NCBI GenBank assembly: GCA_020536535.1
Contig: JAHLWZ010000167.1
Span: 1-39,224, forward strand
Source of the DNA: Pelomyxa schiedti
Lineage: Eukaryota; Protista; Evosea
Direction of reading: 5' to 3'
DNA length: 39,224 bases
The translations under genes were made by a program, and so were the position numbers. Positions 1 through 11,153 of the stretch are shown piece after piece. Each line of letters starts with the position of its first letter. Positions within the stretch are counted from its first letter, which is position 1. Under the pieces are notes generated by a model that saw only the letters and a program-made list of their open reading frames with translations, had not been told where the DNA came from and did no database searches.

Positions 1-608
1 GGAGCCTAAGAAGAACGTTAGGAATTCGTTTATTGGGTGATTGGAGTTACCTTTGTTTTAATTTTGCACCCGTCATTATGTCATCCTCTAGACACTAGTT
101 CCCTGCCTCCTACCTTTTAAACCCCTCCTTCCATGTTGAAGCAGTTTTTAAATAAAAACTTGCTCAAAAGAGGCACGTAAAATCACAATCGTAATCTCCT
201 CAATCGTCGTCATCAGCAACAGTTTCAGTTTTTATTTTAGCTAAATGAAGCATGGTCATCAAAAAAAATAAAAAAGGCGGCTACCTGAGTATCGTGTCTA
301 AGCAAGTTGCGTCTATCACGACATTTTTCCATTTTGCCTTTTCGTGTATGTATTTGGATGAATGCCCCACTTGCTCACACCAACCATACATAGAAATGGA
401 CAAGTTGGACAAGTCACTTCCGGGTAAGGACATGGTTTTTTCCTATCCGTTGCGCGAAGCGGGTGGCGGCACAACACTTCCAAGTGACTGTGAGTGTCAC
501 TTCACTGTTGGTCATCCAGAACCAAGGGGCTTTTCTATCTTTCAAGCGATGGCTGAGGACAAACGTGATCCCAAAATGCTCCGAATGGTTGGGGAATTCT
601 ACATGAGG
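1..608 (+). repeat. Diverged direct duplicate of 1197-1823 (upstream region plus 5' end of the SEL1-repeat gene)
   Basis: Colinear with 1197-1823, differing by substitutions and small indels (e.g. a 12-nt indel before TGCTCAAAAG and a 6-nt indel after GAGTATC); ends at the N gap. Confidence 0.95.
396..608 (+). CDS. SEL1-like repeat protein, second copy, 5' fragment truncated by the assembly gap
   Basis: MDKLDKSLPGKDMVFSYPLREAGGG...GEFYMR is nearly identical to the N-terminus of the 1611-3452 protein. Confidence 0.8.
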
Positions 609-708
609 NNNNNNNNNNNNNNNNNNNNNNNNNNNNNNNNNNNNNNNNNNNNNNNNNNNNNNNNNNNNNNNNNNNNNNNNNNNNNNNNNNNNNNNNNNNN
701 NNNNNNNN
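609..708. other. Scaffold gap (100 N, true size unknown)
   Basis: Run of exactly 100 N. Confidence 0.99.
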
Positions 709-777
709 ATCGACCTCCCTCCAGAGGAAAACAACCAGGAGTGGCGTTTCTTCATCTTTGACAATGTGTCTGTGTGA
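709..777 (+). CDS. 3' end of an olfactomedin-domain paralogue (partial)
   Basis: Translates as IDLPPEENNQEWRFFIFDNVSV*, matching the C-termini FFIFDNVAL* (5972) and FFIFDNAAL* (38599). Not in the ORF track. Confidence 0.85.
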   Translation: MDLPPEENNQEWRFFIFDNVSV

Positions 778-1610
778 AAGGCTTTGGGTCTCTGGGAGGT
801 GCTACACACGTGCTGATTGTTTCATGTTTGTGATATACATCTTCGAGTCGAGAAACAAATCCTGGATGCACTCGAAATACAAAAAAAAGCTTTCAAATTT
901 GTTTCAGATTCCTGGGGAGTGTTTGTTTTTCATTCCCCATTTCATTTGTTGGCAGGCATTCTTTCTATCTGGGAGTTTTGTGTCAAGCACATTGAGGGCA
1001 TGTTAGGCTCAATTTAAAAACCTATTCACAAACAAACGCAAACACAAAAGCCAGATATGCTACGCACCAACGATCTACCTCGTCACCACAGCCTCCTCCC
1101 ACATCATACTCTCCGCCACCCCTTGCTCCTTCCTCACTCCCATCAGAGAGATACTCAAAGAAAGCTAGCTCCATATTCGAGAGTCCAAATATCCAAGGAG
1201 CCTAAGAAGAACGTTAGGAATTCGTTTATTGGGTGATTGGAGTTACCTTTGTTTTAATTTTGCACCCGTCATTATGTCATCCTCTAGACACTAGTTCCCT
1301 GCCTCCTACCTTTTAAATCCCTCCTTCCATGTTGAAGCAGTTTTTAAATAAAAACTTTGACGCGATCGTGCTCAAAAGAGGCAGGTAAAATCACAATCGT
1401 AATCTCCTCAATCGTCGTCATCAGCAACAGTTTCTGTTTTTATTTTAGCTAAATGAAGCATGGTCATCAAAAAAAAATAAAAAAGGCGGCTACCTGAGTA
1501 TCACCGGCGTGTCTAAGCAAGTTGCGTGTATCACGACATTTTTCCATTTTGCCTTTTCGTGTATGTATTTGGATGAATGCCCCACTTGCTCACACCAACC
1601 ATACATAGAA

Positions 1611-3452
1611 ATGGACAGGTTGGACAAGTCACTTCCGGGTGAGGACATGGTTTTTTCCTATCCGTTGCGCGGAGCGGGTGGCGGCACAACACTTCCAACT
1701 GGCTGTGAGTGTCACTTCACTGTTGGTCATCCAGAACCAAGGGGCTTTTCTATCTTTCAAGCGATGGCTGAGGACAAACGTGATCCCAAAATGCTCCGAA
1801 TGGTTGGGGAATTCTACATGAGGGGGCAGGGGACGGACCCAGATCCAGTCAAGGGAATGCAGTATTTCAATGAGGCAGTCGATGCCGGCAGTGTGGAGGC
1901 ATTATGGGACATTGCACAGTGCTACGTCACGGGCAGAGGCGTTGAGGCAGATATATCCAAATCTGTTCCTTTTCTCCAGAGGGGGGCTGATGCTGGTGAT
2001 CCGGATGCAATGTATCTTCTAGGAAACTGGTTCTTGTGTGGCATGAAAGGAGTGGCTAAAGATATCAGCAAAGCAGTTGCTTTATTTCAGAAAGCTGCTG
2101 ATCTTGGACTTGCTGAAGCATGTGTTGAGCTTGGAGAACTTTACGTAAAGGGTAAGGGTGTTCCAATTGATGAGGAGAAGGCTATTCCTCTTTTCCTGAA
2201 GGTTGTAAACGATCCAAAGATTGGATGGCAGGCCCAGCGTAATCTAAGTGAATTCTACATGCTCGGTACGCGTGGATTGCAACGGGACGTGAAGAAAGGT
2301 CTCTCCTATCTGCGGAAAGCTGTTGAGAAGGGGGATGCAGAAGGATGGCTTCGACTGGGCAGATGTTATGACTTGGGACTTGGAGTGGAGCAAGATGCCA
2401 AAAAAGCAGTTGAGATTTATCAGAGCGGTACGGAAGGTGGTTGTGGAACGGCCATGTACGGGCTTGCTGAGCACTACTTGAGGGGTGAAGGAGTCCCACT
2501 TGACCAAGAAAAAGCCATTTCACTTCTTCAGGATGCTGTTGAGATGGGCGACCGACAAGCATTATGGCGCCTCGGAAGATGTTATGACAGTGGAGAAGGT
2601 GTTAAGAAAGATGTAGAAAAAGCAGTTGAGCTTTACCGGAGATCTGCGGAACGTGGCTATGCTCAAGCAATGTATGACCTCAGCAAGCACTACATGAAAG
2701 CCGATGGTGTTACCTTTGACCCAAAACAAGGCATTTCGCTTTTGGAGAGAGCTTCAGGCGGATACACTCCGGCATTGCGTAAACTTGCCTCATATTACAA
2801 GAAGGGCAAAGGAGTTGACAAGGATATTCGGAAAGCAATTTCACTCCTGAATAAGGCCGCTGACGCTGGAGATCATCAAGCAATTGTTGACCTCAGTACC
2901 TATTACATCACGGGAGCCGATGTGCCTGTTGACTTTACTCACGCGGTGTCACTCCTTGAAAGGGCGTATAAAATGGGGAACCCTGTGGCTGGGATGGCAC
3001 TTGGATGGGGCCTGCTGATGGGTGCTTATGAAATGAAACGCGATGTCAACAGGGCCTTTCCAATTCTGAAGCATGTTGCAGAGTACTCATCAGCTGCAAG
3101 AGCCATGCTGGCATTGTGTTACGAATATGGCTTTGGTGTGCACAAAGACGTGAGCAAGGCCAACGCCATGTACCAGGAAACCATTGACGAGGGCTTCGCA
3201 GCATCTCTCTTCCTAGTTGGGGAAAACTTGGAACTCGGTACTGCACGTGGACCAAAAGACATGACCAAGGCTTATCAATTTTACGCGAGGGCTGCTTGTG
3301 CTGGGCATCAAGGGGCTCAGAAAAAGCTTTTCTCACTCTTGGGGTATTGCTTGTATGCGTTTATGGAGACCACGTACCATGACAGACACAAGACCAACAA
3401 AAGGCCCCTCAAAACAAAACACATCATTAACATCGTCGTTCTTACACAATGA
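1611..3452 (+). CDS. SEL1-like repeat (SLR) protein
   Basis: Many ~36-aa repeats of the type A..LG..Y..G.GV.KD..KA..L...A..G. Probable 5'UTR intron at 1561-1608 and possible in-frame intron at 3344-3403. Confidence 0.93.
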   Translation: MDRLDKSLPGEDMVFSYPLRGAGGGTTLPTGCECHFTVGHPEPRGFSIFQAMAEDKRDPKMLRMVGEFYMRGQGTDPDPVKGMQYFNEAVDAGSVEALWDIAQCYVTGRGVEADISKSVPFLQRGADAGDPDAMYLLGNWFLCGMKGVAKDISKAVALFQKAADLGLAEACVELGELYVKGKGVPIDEEKAIPLFLKVVNDPKIGWQAQRNLSEFYMLGTRGLQRDVKKGLSYLRKAVEKGDAEGWLRLGRCYDLGLGVEQDAKKAVEIYQSGTEGGCGTAMYGLAEHYLRGEGVPLDQEKAISLLQDAVEMGDRQALWRLGRCYDSGEGVKKDVEKAVELYRRSAERGYAQAMYDLSKHYMKADGVTFDPKQGISLLERASGGYTPALRKLASYYKKGKGVDKDIRKAISLLNKAADAGDHQAIVDLSTYYITGADVPVDFTHAVSLLERAYKMGNPVAGMALGWGLLMGAYEMKRDVNRAFPILKHVAEYSSAARAMLALCYEYGFGVHKDVSKANAMYQETIDEGFAASLFLVGENLELGTARGPKDMTKAYQFYARAACAGHQGAQKKLFSLLGYCLYAFMETTYHDRHKTNKRPLKTKHIINIVVLTQ

Positions 3453-3612
3453 AAAAATCCAAAATTTTTGGTTCGTTATCTCTTCGAAAACTTTCCGCGT
3501 TTGCTTGAAGTCTGTGATTGGGGCAATGGTCAGTGCTCAGTCCCGTAGCACTGGCAGCCCCAGACACTAACTTGGTTTCGGTTGACTACCAAAGCCAACA
3601 ATTTGAAGCACA

Positions 3613-5972
3613 ATGGACAAGAGGGAACTTATTGCACAGATAACGTGCCCGTGTTGTTCGTCGTTCTTCCGTGACCCCAGGTTTTCGCCCTTTCCCGACA
3701 CAACACAAACACTCACGGCGGCCTGTGTGCCCTGTGGTGGCGTCGTGCACACCACACCACACAACCACACAACACCAGGCTCCTGCCTTGTTTGCACACT
3801 TTGTGCCTCGAGTGCATCCCGAAATGCTCACCTGGAACCACCTCCACGTCGGTCACCGCCCTTGAGTGCCCTGTGTGCCACTCACAGGTTTGTGTGATCA
3901 CCTCCCATCATTCAAAGAGCCAAATCAAACAAACCGCACACACATACACATATATACACCAGGTGAGCGTGCCTACTGGAGGGTGCTGTGGCTTCCCAGT
4001 CGACATGCATAAGAGCCACTTGTTGGACTTGGTTCCATTTGTTGTTCCTGCTGGGGGTGGGTCACGGCCACCAGAGTGCAGCGAGTGCGAGGCACGCGAC
4101 GCCCAGTGGTGGTGTTCAACGTGCTGCATGTTCTTATGCAATGACGATAAGGCACACCACTTACGTGTGAGGAAGACTGCTTCACACAAGGTAACAAACA
4201 ACCGCAAACACATAATCAAATCCACGTTGGGAATACAGGTTGCTACTGTGCAGCAGCTCGGAAGTCAAACAACGGTTGCAACAACAGTTCACAAGCAACC
4301 ACTTTGTTCTAAGCATCCACAAGAGAACCTGCAGCTCTATTGCAACACCGATCAGGTCCTGATATGCCGTGACTGCGCGTGGGTGTCCCATTTTTCTTTT
4401 GATGATTGAAAACACTATTTAATCAGGTTTATTGACCACAAGAACCACGACGTTGTGTTCGTCACCGAAAGGAGCTCCAAATTGAAAGAGAATATTGCCT
4501 CTCTTTGTTCCGACTTGGTAGCGCACCGGGAGAAGGTCACAAACTCCAAAATCGAGGCCATTGTGCGTGTGAAGTCCGTCTTCTTTGCAAATTAACTTTA
4601 TGCCAACATCAACAAAAGGAGGAGTGCAAAAACACACAAGAAACAGTCGAGAAAGTCGAGGCAGAGATACGATCTGAATTTGACAAGATTGTCGCTGCTG
4701 CCAAAGCCAGGGAAGCACTTTTGCTTTCAGAACTGAAAATCATTGGAGAAGCTGCAAAAAAGGCAAGCCCACTATTGTCTATTGTAGCCACCTTTCTGAC
4801 ACTCCTCTCCCAACAAAAAAACAAACTGAAAGGTGTTGGAAGGACACATTGAGGGATGTGATCAGAGGCTGAATGTTGTACAGATGGCACAAGAATATGC
4901 ACAGCAGGCGACCACACAGTTCTCTGATGTTGAGGTTGTTTCAGTGAATCAAGTTCTCACAGCACAGATGGAGAATATATGTAAATCCCGTGATGAGCTT
5001 GCAACTCCACAGAAACTGAAGGCAGGTTTAGCCATTAACTTCTTTAATACGCCCTCCCCTCAAGAAACCTGCTCTAAAAAAACGGAAAACAACCAAAAGG
5101 TGAGCCTTGAGTGTGAATCAGCTGCTGTTTGTGGTGCAGTCTCTTCACTGGGAAAACTTGTTCACAATTCAGCAGCGAGTTCACTGATGAATACAACATC
5201 CACAACAACCACAACGAGGACACTCAAACAACTTGCCACATCGATGGTGCCCTCCATCACACCTCGTCAGGCATACAGGCTGTTTGTTGACAACGCCACC
5301 GGCAAAGTGTACTGGGACAACGGCTACCTTCGCCAACAACTGACAGAGTTCCAAAACATGACCAACTTCGTCGACAACACCAACCCAAGGCAATTGACGC
5401 TCAAGGACGTACTCAACTACCCCGACGGCACATACCAGGCAGTGCACAACGGCCACGTGTACTGCAACCCACACAACGCAGCCACGATGACCAAGGTGCG
5501 CGTGAGCGACGGGTCAACGGTGGCAACTGCACCACTCCCAAACGCCGGCCACTCAAGTCAATCGAGCTGGAACTTGGGTGGAGCCACTGACATTTGCTGG
5601 TATGTTGATGCAGGGGGTGTGCTGTTCGTGGTCCACGCACCACCCAACAACGGCAACATACACATCACGAGGGTGGACCCTGACTCCCTCGCAATCTTGC
5701 AGACGTGGGTGGTGCCCCGCGTCAAGTCGCATACAGGCTTTGCATTTGTTGTGTGTGGGAGGTTCTACTTTGGCAAGTCATGCACCAGCAGGGTGATCGA
5801 CGGGGTGTATGACATCACCACTGGTGTTTATGATGACACTTACAGAAACTCACTCCCTACTTCAGGCACCCAGGTGCTGCTGACATCGTGGATTCCATCA
5901 ACAAACCAGCTCCTCATCGTCGACCGTGCCTCAGAATACAAATTCTTCATCTTTGACAATGTGGCTCTGTGA
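3613..5972 (+). CDS. TRIM-like protein: RING, B-box, B-box, coiled coil, C-terminal olfactomedin (OLF) domain
   Basis: Spliced RING CPCC..DPRLLPCLHTLCLEC..CPVC; B-boxes CSEC..CSTC..LC..H..H and CSKH..LYC..ICRDC..DHKNH; OLF motifs GTYQAVHNGHVYCN, LPNAG..WNLGGATDI, NNGNIHITRVDPDSLAILQTW, AFVVCG. Introns at about 3681-3778, 3888-3962, 4191-4238, 4379-4426, 4563-4618, 4763-4832 and possibly 5022-5099. Confidence 0.88.
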
Positions 5973-6194
5973 TGTGGAGTCTTCAAAAAACTTTCGTCGA
6001 CTCCTTCATCTTTGACAATGTGGTTCTTAGAACCACTACGCAGACGTGACGGACCTTGTTCCCTGAGGACAGAAACAGGGCCCTGTTTCACGTGAAACTT
6101 TTGGTTTTTCTGAACAGACCCACCAACTTGCCTGGTGTGTGGGCTTTAAAATTTCCGTCAGTAAGACCCGGTAAAAAATTTCGTGGAAAGGGGA

Positions 6195-7694
6195 ATGACA
6201 ACCAACGAACAGACGCGAGCGAGCGTACTCGATGATATCGTGGCGGTGGGTGGCCGCAGTAAGAGACGCTGCGGCGCCGGGCAGTTGCCTCTGACGTCAC
6301 ACATTTTGGCTCTGCTGTGCGGGGGACACTCGCGGTGCGGGGCCCTCAGTCCCTTGTCATCGCTACCTCTCAATGTGCTACAGAACATTGCTTTGTTCTT
6401 ATCACCAAGTACCCGTTTTTTTTTTTTTTTTTTTTAAATATATGCCACTGGCTTTTGTTTTTTCCTAATTGTGCAATTTTAGAGGTGGTAGTAGTGGCAA
6501 GAACTTGTGAGAGAGAAGCGGGACTACTTTCAATGGAAGCATTGAATCTGGAGACTGGAGTGTGGAGTTCTTTGGCGCCTTTGAGGCTTCAATACAATCC
6601 CAGCATTATCCCCACTTGTAGCACATCTGGTGATGAGGACAATACTGCTCCCTTGACATCCTACTTCAACACCGACTCCAAAATGCTCTATCTAGTTGGG
6701 GGTCCAAGTAATGTTGAAGGGATATGTGACTGTTACAATGTCCTCACCAACACATGGCAATCCCTCCCTAGAATGAATAACCCCCGGTCAGCTCACACAA
6801 CAAATATGATGTCCGGAAGGGTTTTGGTTATTGGTGGAATAACTTGCCGATGTAAGCGTGAATATACACCTCTGTATCATCTAACTTCAAATTAGCCCCT
6901 GCAAATAAAGGAGCCTTAGTGAAGACGGTGGAGGAATATGACCCCTCACTTAATGAATGGCTTTTCCTTCCACCCCTTGAACTGCCCCGCTTCAACCATG
7001 CCTCATGTGTAATCCGGAATTCCTTACTCGTGAGTGGTGGTTACACACAGTATGGGGGACATACTCCAGGAACGCAGTGCATCTCCAAAGACTCCGTCAT
7101 TCTTGTCCCTGCTTACAATACGGATAACACTGTATCAAGTAGCTGCCGAACTACAAATGTAAGGTGGGTTTCAGTTCCACAAATGTGCTCTGCCAGACAG
7201 CGGCACACACTGACACTTAACGACCTGGGCTCCATGGTTTACTGTGTTGGTGGTGTGTATAATAAGACATTGAAGACCACTGAGGTGTTTGACGTGGGAA
7301 GAGGAGAGTGGTCTGCTCTACCTGATATGCATTGTAGAAGGTTATTCCATCGTCCCACTCTTGCCGGTTTTAAGTTCTTTGAAGGTTCTTCCACACTTCA
7401 ACATGGTCACATGGCAGACTCTACGTAATAGGCGGTTACAAGGGCCTGACTCCCATTTCCGTGGCAGAGGCATATGATCCAAGGTCAGGAACCTGGGAAA
7501 TATTGCCGGAAATGGCTCCCAGAGCAATGCACAGCACTTATGCTCATGGTGACAGGCTGTTTGTTCTGGGTGGCAACAGTGACAGGGTGGATGTTTTCAA
7601 TGCTGTGATGAATTGCTGGGAAGACTTCCCTCAACCATTATGGGCATCAAGGAAAGCCCCCAGCACTATTCAGGCCACATGGTTGTGTTTGTAA
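6195..7694 (+). CDS. F-box-like / Kelch-repeat protein
   Basis: N-terminal LSSLPLNVLQNIALFL (F-box consensus) and Kelch motifs LYLVGG..YNVLTNTW, VIGG..EEYDP..NEW, YCVGG..FDVGRGEW, LYVIGG..YDPRSGTW. Introns 6409-6482, 6852-6895, 7341-7384. Confidence 0.85.
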
Positions 7695-8758
7695 CACACC
7701 AACCTTTCCCTATTTGAATTGTATATTAATGAAAGCTAACAAAAACCAAAAAATGTGGTGACCGCGTCGCGTTGTTGGGACTACGCGAAAGAATTCGAAG
7801 TAATTCGAAGAATTTTGTTGAGTATCCTCACACAGCACGGGGTAGCAGTGAAAGGGATTTGAAATTCTGTTTTCAATAACTCGATGAACAACATCAACTG
7901 AGCACCACGGTTTCTGTTCGCGATCGAAATCAACACACGGCGCTAATTTCTATTTCACCGGGATTGTGGGACAAGTTTCGAACACCAAGTTGGGGCCTCG
8001 GCTCGTGGTGGTAAGTTTGTGTTTGGTTGGTAGATTCGACTTTTCCTTGGCCTTGGCGTAATGCCTAAAGGCCCTGCATCATACCAAAGAGGCTGTTGGC
8101 CCACGAAGTCTCCCTACAACGTGACCATTACTGTGATGTGGAGTTTAGAACCCTGTGCCACGTGTTTTTATAGCCTTGTCCCAAGACAACCATGTATTTG
8201 TTTCTTCCAGGGTGAAAAACTGGTAAAAAAATTTGGTTGGTTGTTGTGGTTGCGTGCTTCACAAGAGTTTTTTGAGGAGTGCCCCACAACACGTAGTCCT
8301 TCGCAGGCGTCGGTGTCACGAGGCAGGAGGGTTTGGTGAAGCCAAATTCACCCATTGCAGGTGAATCAGACCTCTAAGACGAATGCCGAGGCATTACATC
8401 TCGATGAAGACGTTCCGCACGCAGTGTACTTTTCGCATTAATTCAAATTTGTGGATTTCGAGGAAGTAAAGTCACTTTATGCACTTCAACCAACCGTGAA
8501 AAGAGCCGAATTCCCCTTCCGTTCCGCACAGTGTTGAGTGCTCCAAACTGAATTATGGGCAAGGGCGCGTGGAGGGAACCGCCTCGGTCAAATTATATCT
8601 GGGAAAGCACAAGTTTTTGTTTTTGCCGTGTTGCCACTCGAAGTAAGCTGAGAGAGACCGAATTGGATTCACAGCACCAAACCAAATCACAGGACGTAAA
8701 GGTTGGTGGTTTTCAAAAAAAAAAAGAGACAGAAATGTAGTGTTTGTTTTTTTCCTCC

Positions 8759-11153
8759 CTAACAAAACAATTTTTGGTGGCAGCTTCCGCAGTAGGCTTT
8801 TCCTTTCTCTTCTTTAAAAAGTCCGCCAGCCAAGGGTGCCATGCAGAAGGCACACATAAAGTGCTCTGGGTGCCTGAGGTAGAAGATAATTAAGTTTACA
8901 AAAGAGGCTGATCGTAAAGACAGAGCGGAACATACCACTTTTTGTCCAGAGCATTGAGGACACGCCCTGTTACAGGTTTTCCGCAACCAGCACATACAGC
9001 ACCCGTCATCTGGTAATAGTGGGGCTAAAAAACCCAGTTAGTTCTGGCAATGGCACGAAAAGTACTCACTTCACAATATGCCTTGTTCTGGTACTCAAAG
9101 AAGGACCCACCCGGGAATGGTTTATGGCAATAATTACACACAAAGTGCTCTAGGAGAATACTTAGTTTGGGCCTGAAATTTAAAAAAAAATTACCAGGAT
9201 GCCACTTCTGTCCCAGTGCGTTTATGCAATCTCCCTGAAAAAAACGTTGGTGATTTTTAAGAGGGTAAAAAAGGCATACAGTAATAGACTTATCACAGCC
9301 AGCACACTTGGCGGCAAATGTTGCTGCATAGTCATTCTCGCAATACGGTTTGCCATCTTTTTCGTAGAACATGCCATTCGGGAAGGGATTGTTGCAAGTT
9401 GCACAAACGAAATGGTTCTAAGCAAAGTTTTAATAACAGCCGACTTGGGAAAAATGTACCATATGCCACTTCTTGCCCAGGGCAGTAATGCAGCGGTCCA
9501 AGATAGGTTGGTCACAGTGAGCGCACCTTGGGCACAACAGTGTGCTGTAACACTTCTCGCAATTGGGCCTGCCTTCATGCTCGTAGAAAGTAGCAGTTCC
9601 TAGAGGGCTCTTGCAGTTACCGCAGCGAAAATGCTCTGGGTGATAAGACTTGCTTTGTGTTAGAGTTGCACCGTAATTAAACATAATACCTTTCCCAGAG
9701 CTTGAATGATCTCTCCTTGGATTGGCCCATTGCAGAAGAAACAAGTGCCTCGAGAAGAAGGTGAATCAGAAGATAGTTGGTCATTAAGTTTCCCCAGTAA
9801 GTCCTCTAAATCATCTTTCTTGGCGGGAGTGGCGGGAGCTGGTTTCTTGGCTGCATTCGGGTTCATTTGGTTAAGTAAATCTTCAAGGGGGTCACTGGAT
9901 GCTGGTGGGGGTGCCTTGGTTGCAGTAGCAGCGGGTCGGTCGTTTCTGTGGTGAGGGTTATATATGAACAGAGTAATGTGGGAATCAACTTGGCTGGAGC
10001 TCCAGTGGAGAGGCTTGCCATCAATGTCTCCAGGTCATCCACGACTGGAGTTGCTTTTGGAGGGGGTTGTGATGCTGGCTTAGGCTGAGGTGCTGTGAGG
10101 AGGATCAGTTTTCTTTTATTTCATACTGCATGACAATCTGACCTGGCTTTGGTGCAACAACTGCATTGAGACCTGCCATAAGATCTGCAAGCTCATCATC
10201 AGCCTCCTTTGGTGGTGGGGGCTTGGCTTTTTCTTCTTAAGTGAAATGCAACCACAGTCATTACATACCTGCAGGCTGGACCGTTGTTGTCTTCGGAGCT
10301 GGGGATGCTTGTGGTTTAGAGGCAGGAGCAACTACCGAATTGAGGTCAGCCATGAGTTCTGCAAGGTCATCTTTTTCTGCAGGTGGGGGTGTGTATTTCA
10401 CAGGAGTGGGGGCTGGTGCAGGAGCTTGGTTAAAAACTTTAGTCCAGAAAAGATTGCCTCAACAAATGAAACCTGGTGTGGATTTTGGAGGAGGGGAAAC
10501 AACGGAGTCGAGATCTGCCATTAGATCACCCAAGTCATCCTCCAGTGTCTTGGGAGGTGGATTCGTTTTGACGGGTGCGGGTGTTGGTGTGGTTTTAGCT
10601 TCGTCGAATAAGGTGAAATAGACAAAAAGCAGAACCACTTACCCGGTGTGGGATTAGTAACTACAGAATTCAGGTCATTCATGAGGTTGTCTAGATCGAG
10701 GTCGGAAGAAGTGGTACTTGGTTTGGGTTGTGGGGGTGGTGTCGCCTTGGCTAAAGTGATATCAACACACTGAAAAAATAAGCAAAAAAAGAAACCTGGC
10801 TGTTTCTGGGGAGGCACATTAAGCGAAGCCATGAGGTGCTCCAGGTCATCAAACTCGCTTTCTTGTTTCGGCGCCTGTGCATCGTTTAACCACTGGAAGC
10901 TGTGTTCTTAATAATAACAACACGCATCTACCGGTTTTGGTTGAGCCACTGGAGGAGGAGCGGATTGTTTGCGTTGCTGCTTCGTATCGAGACCGCTCAA
11001 TTCGGCCATCAGATCGCTGAGTTCGTCATGTGCCTCGACTTTAGGAGCGGGAGTTGGTTGTTGTTTAGGAGGTGGTACGGAGGCCCTAGTGTTTGCTGGT
11101 GGTGCGGTGGCTCCGGCGAGATCTGCGAGAAGTGCGTCTAAATCGTCTGACAT
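8759..11153 (-). CDS. Paxillin-family protein (about 10 LD motifs and 4 LIM domains), multi-exon
   Basis: Starts MSDDLDALLADL (paxillin LD1-like); C-terminal LIM repeats HPEHFRCGNC, HFVCATC, HPEHFVCNYC, HPEHFMCAFC..YCGSCHQKLFC*. Confidence 0.92.

Noticed and set aside
5360-5972. Diversity-generating retroelement (TR/VR pair) explaining OLF variation
   Set aside because: Differences between copies are not adenine-specific, include indels, both copies are coding, and no reverse transcriptase is present in the window.
7740-8740. Gene or ncRNA in the 1-kb interval between the Kelch and paxillin genes (ORF 8061-8339)
   Set aside because: No recognisable motifs, consistent splice model or RNA consensus found by eye.
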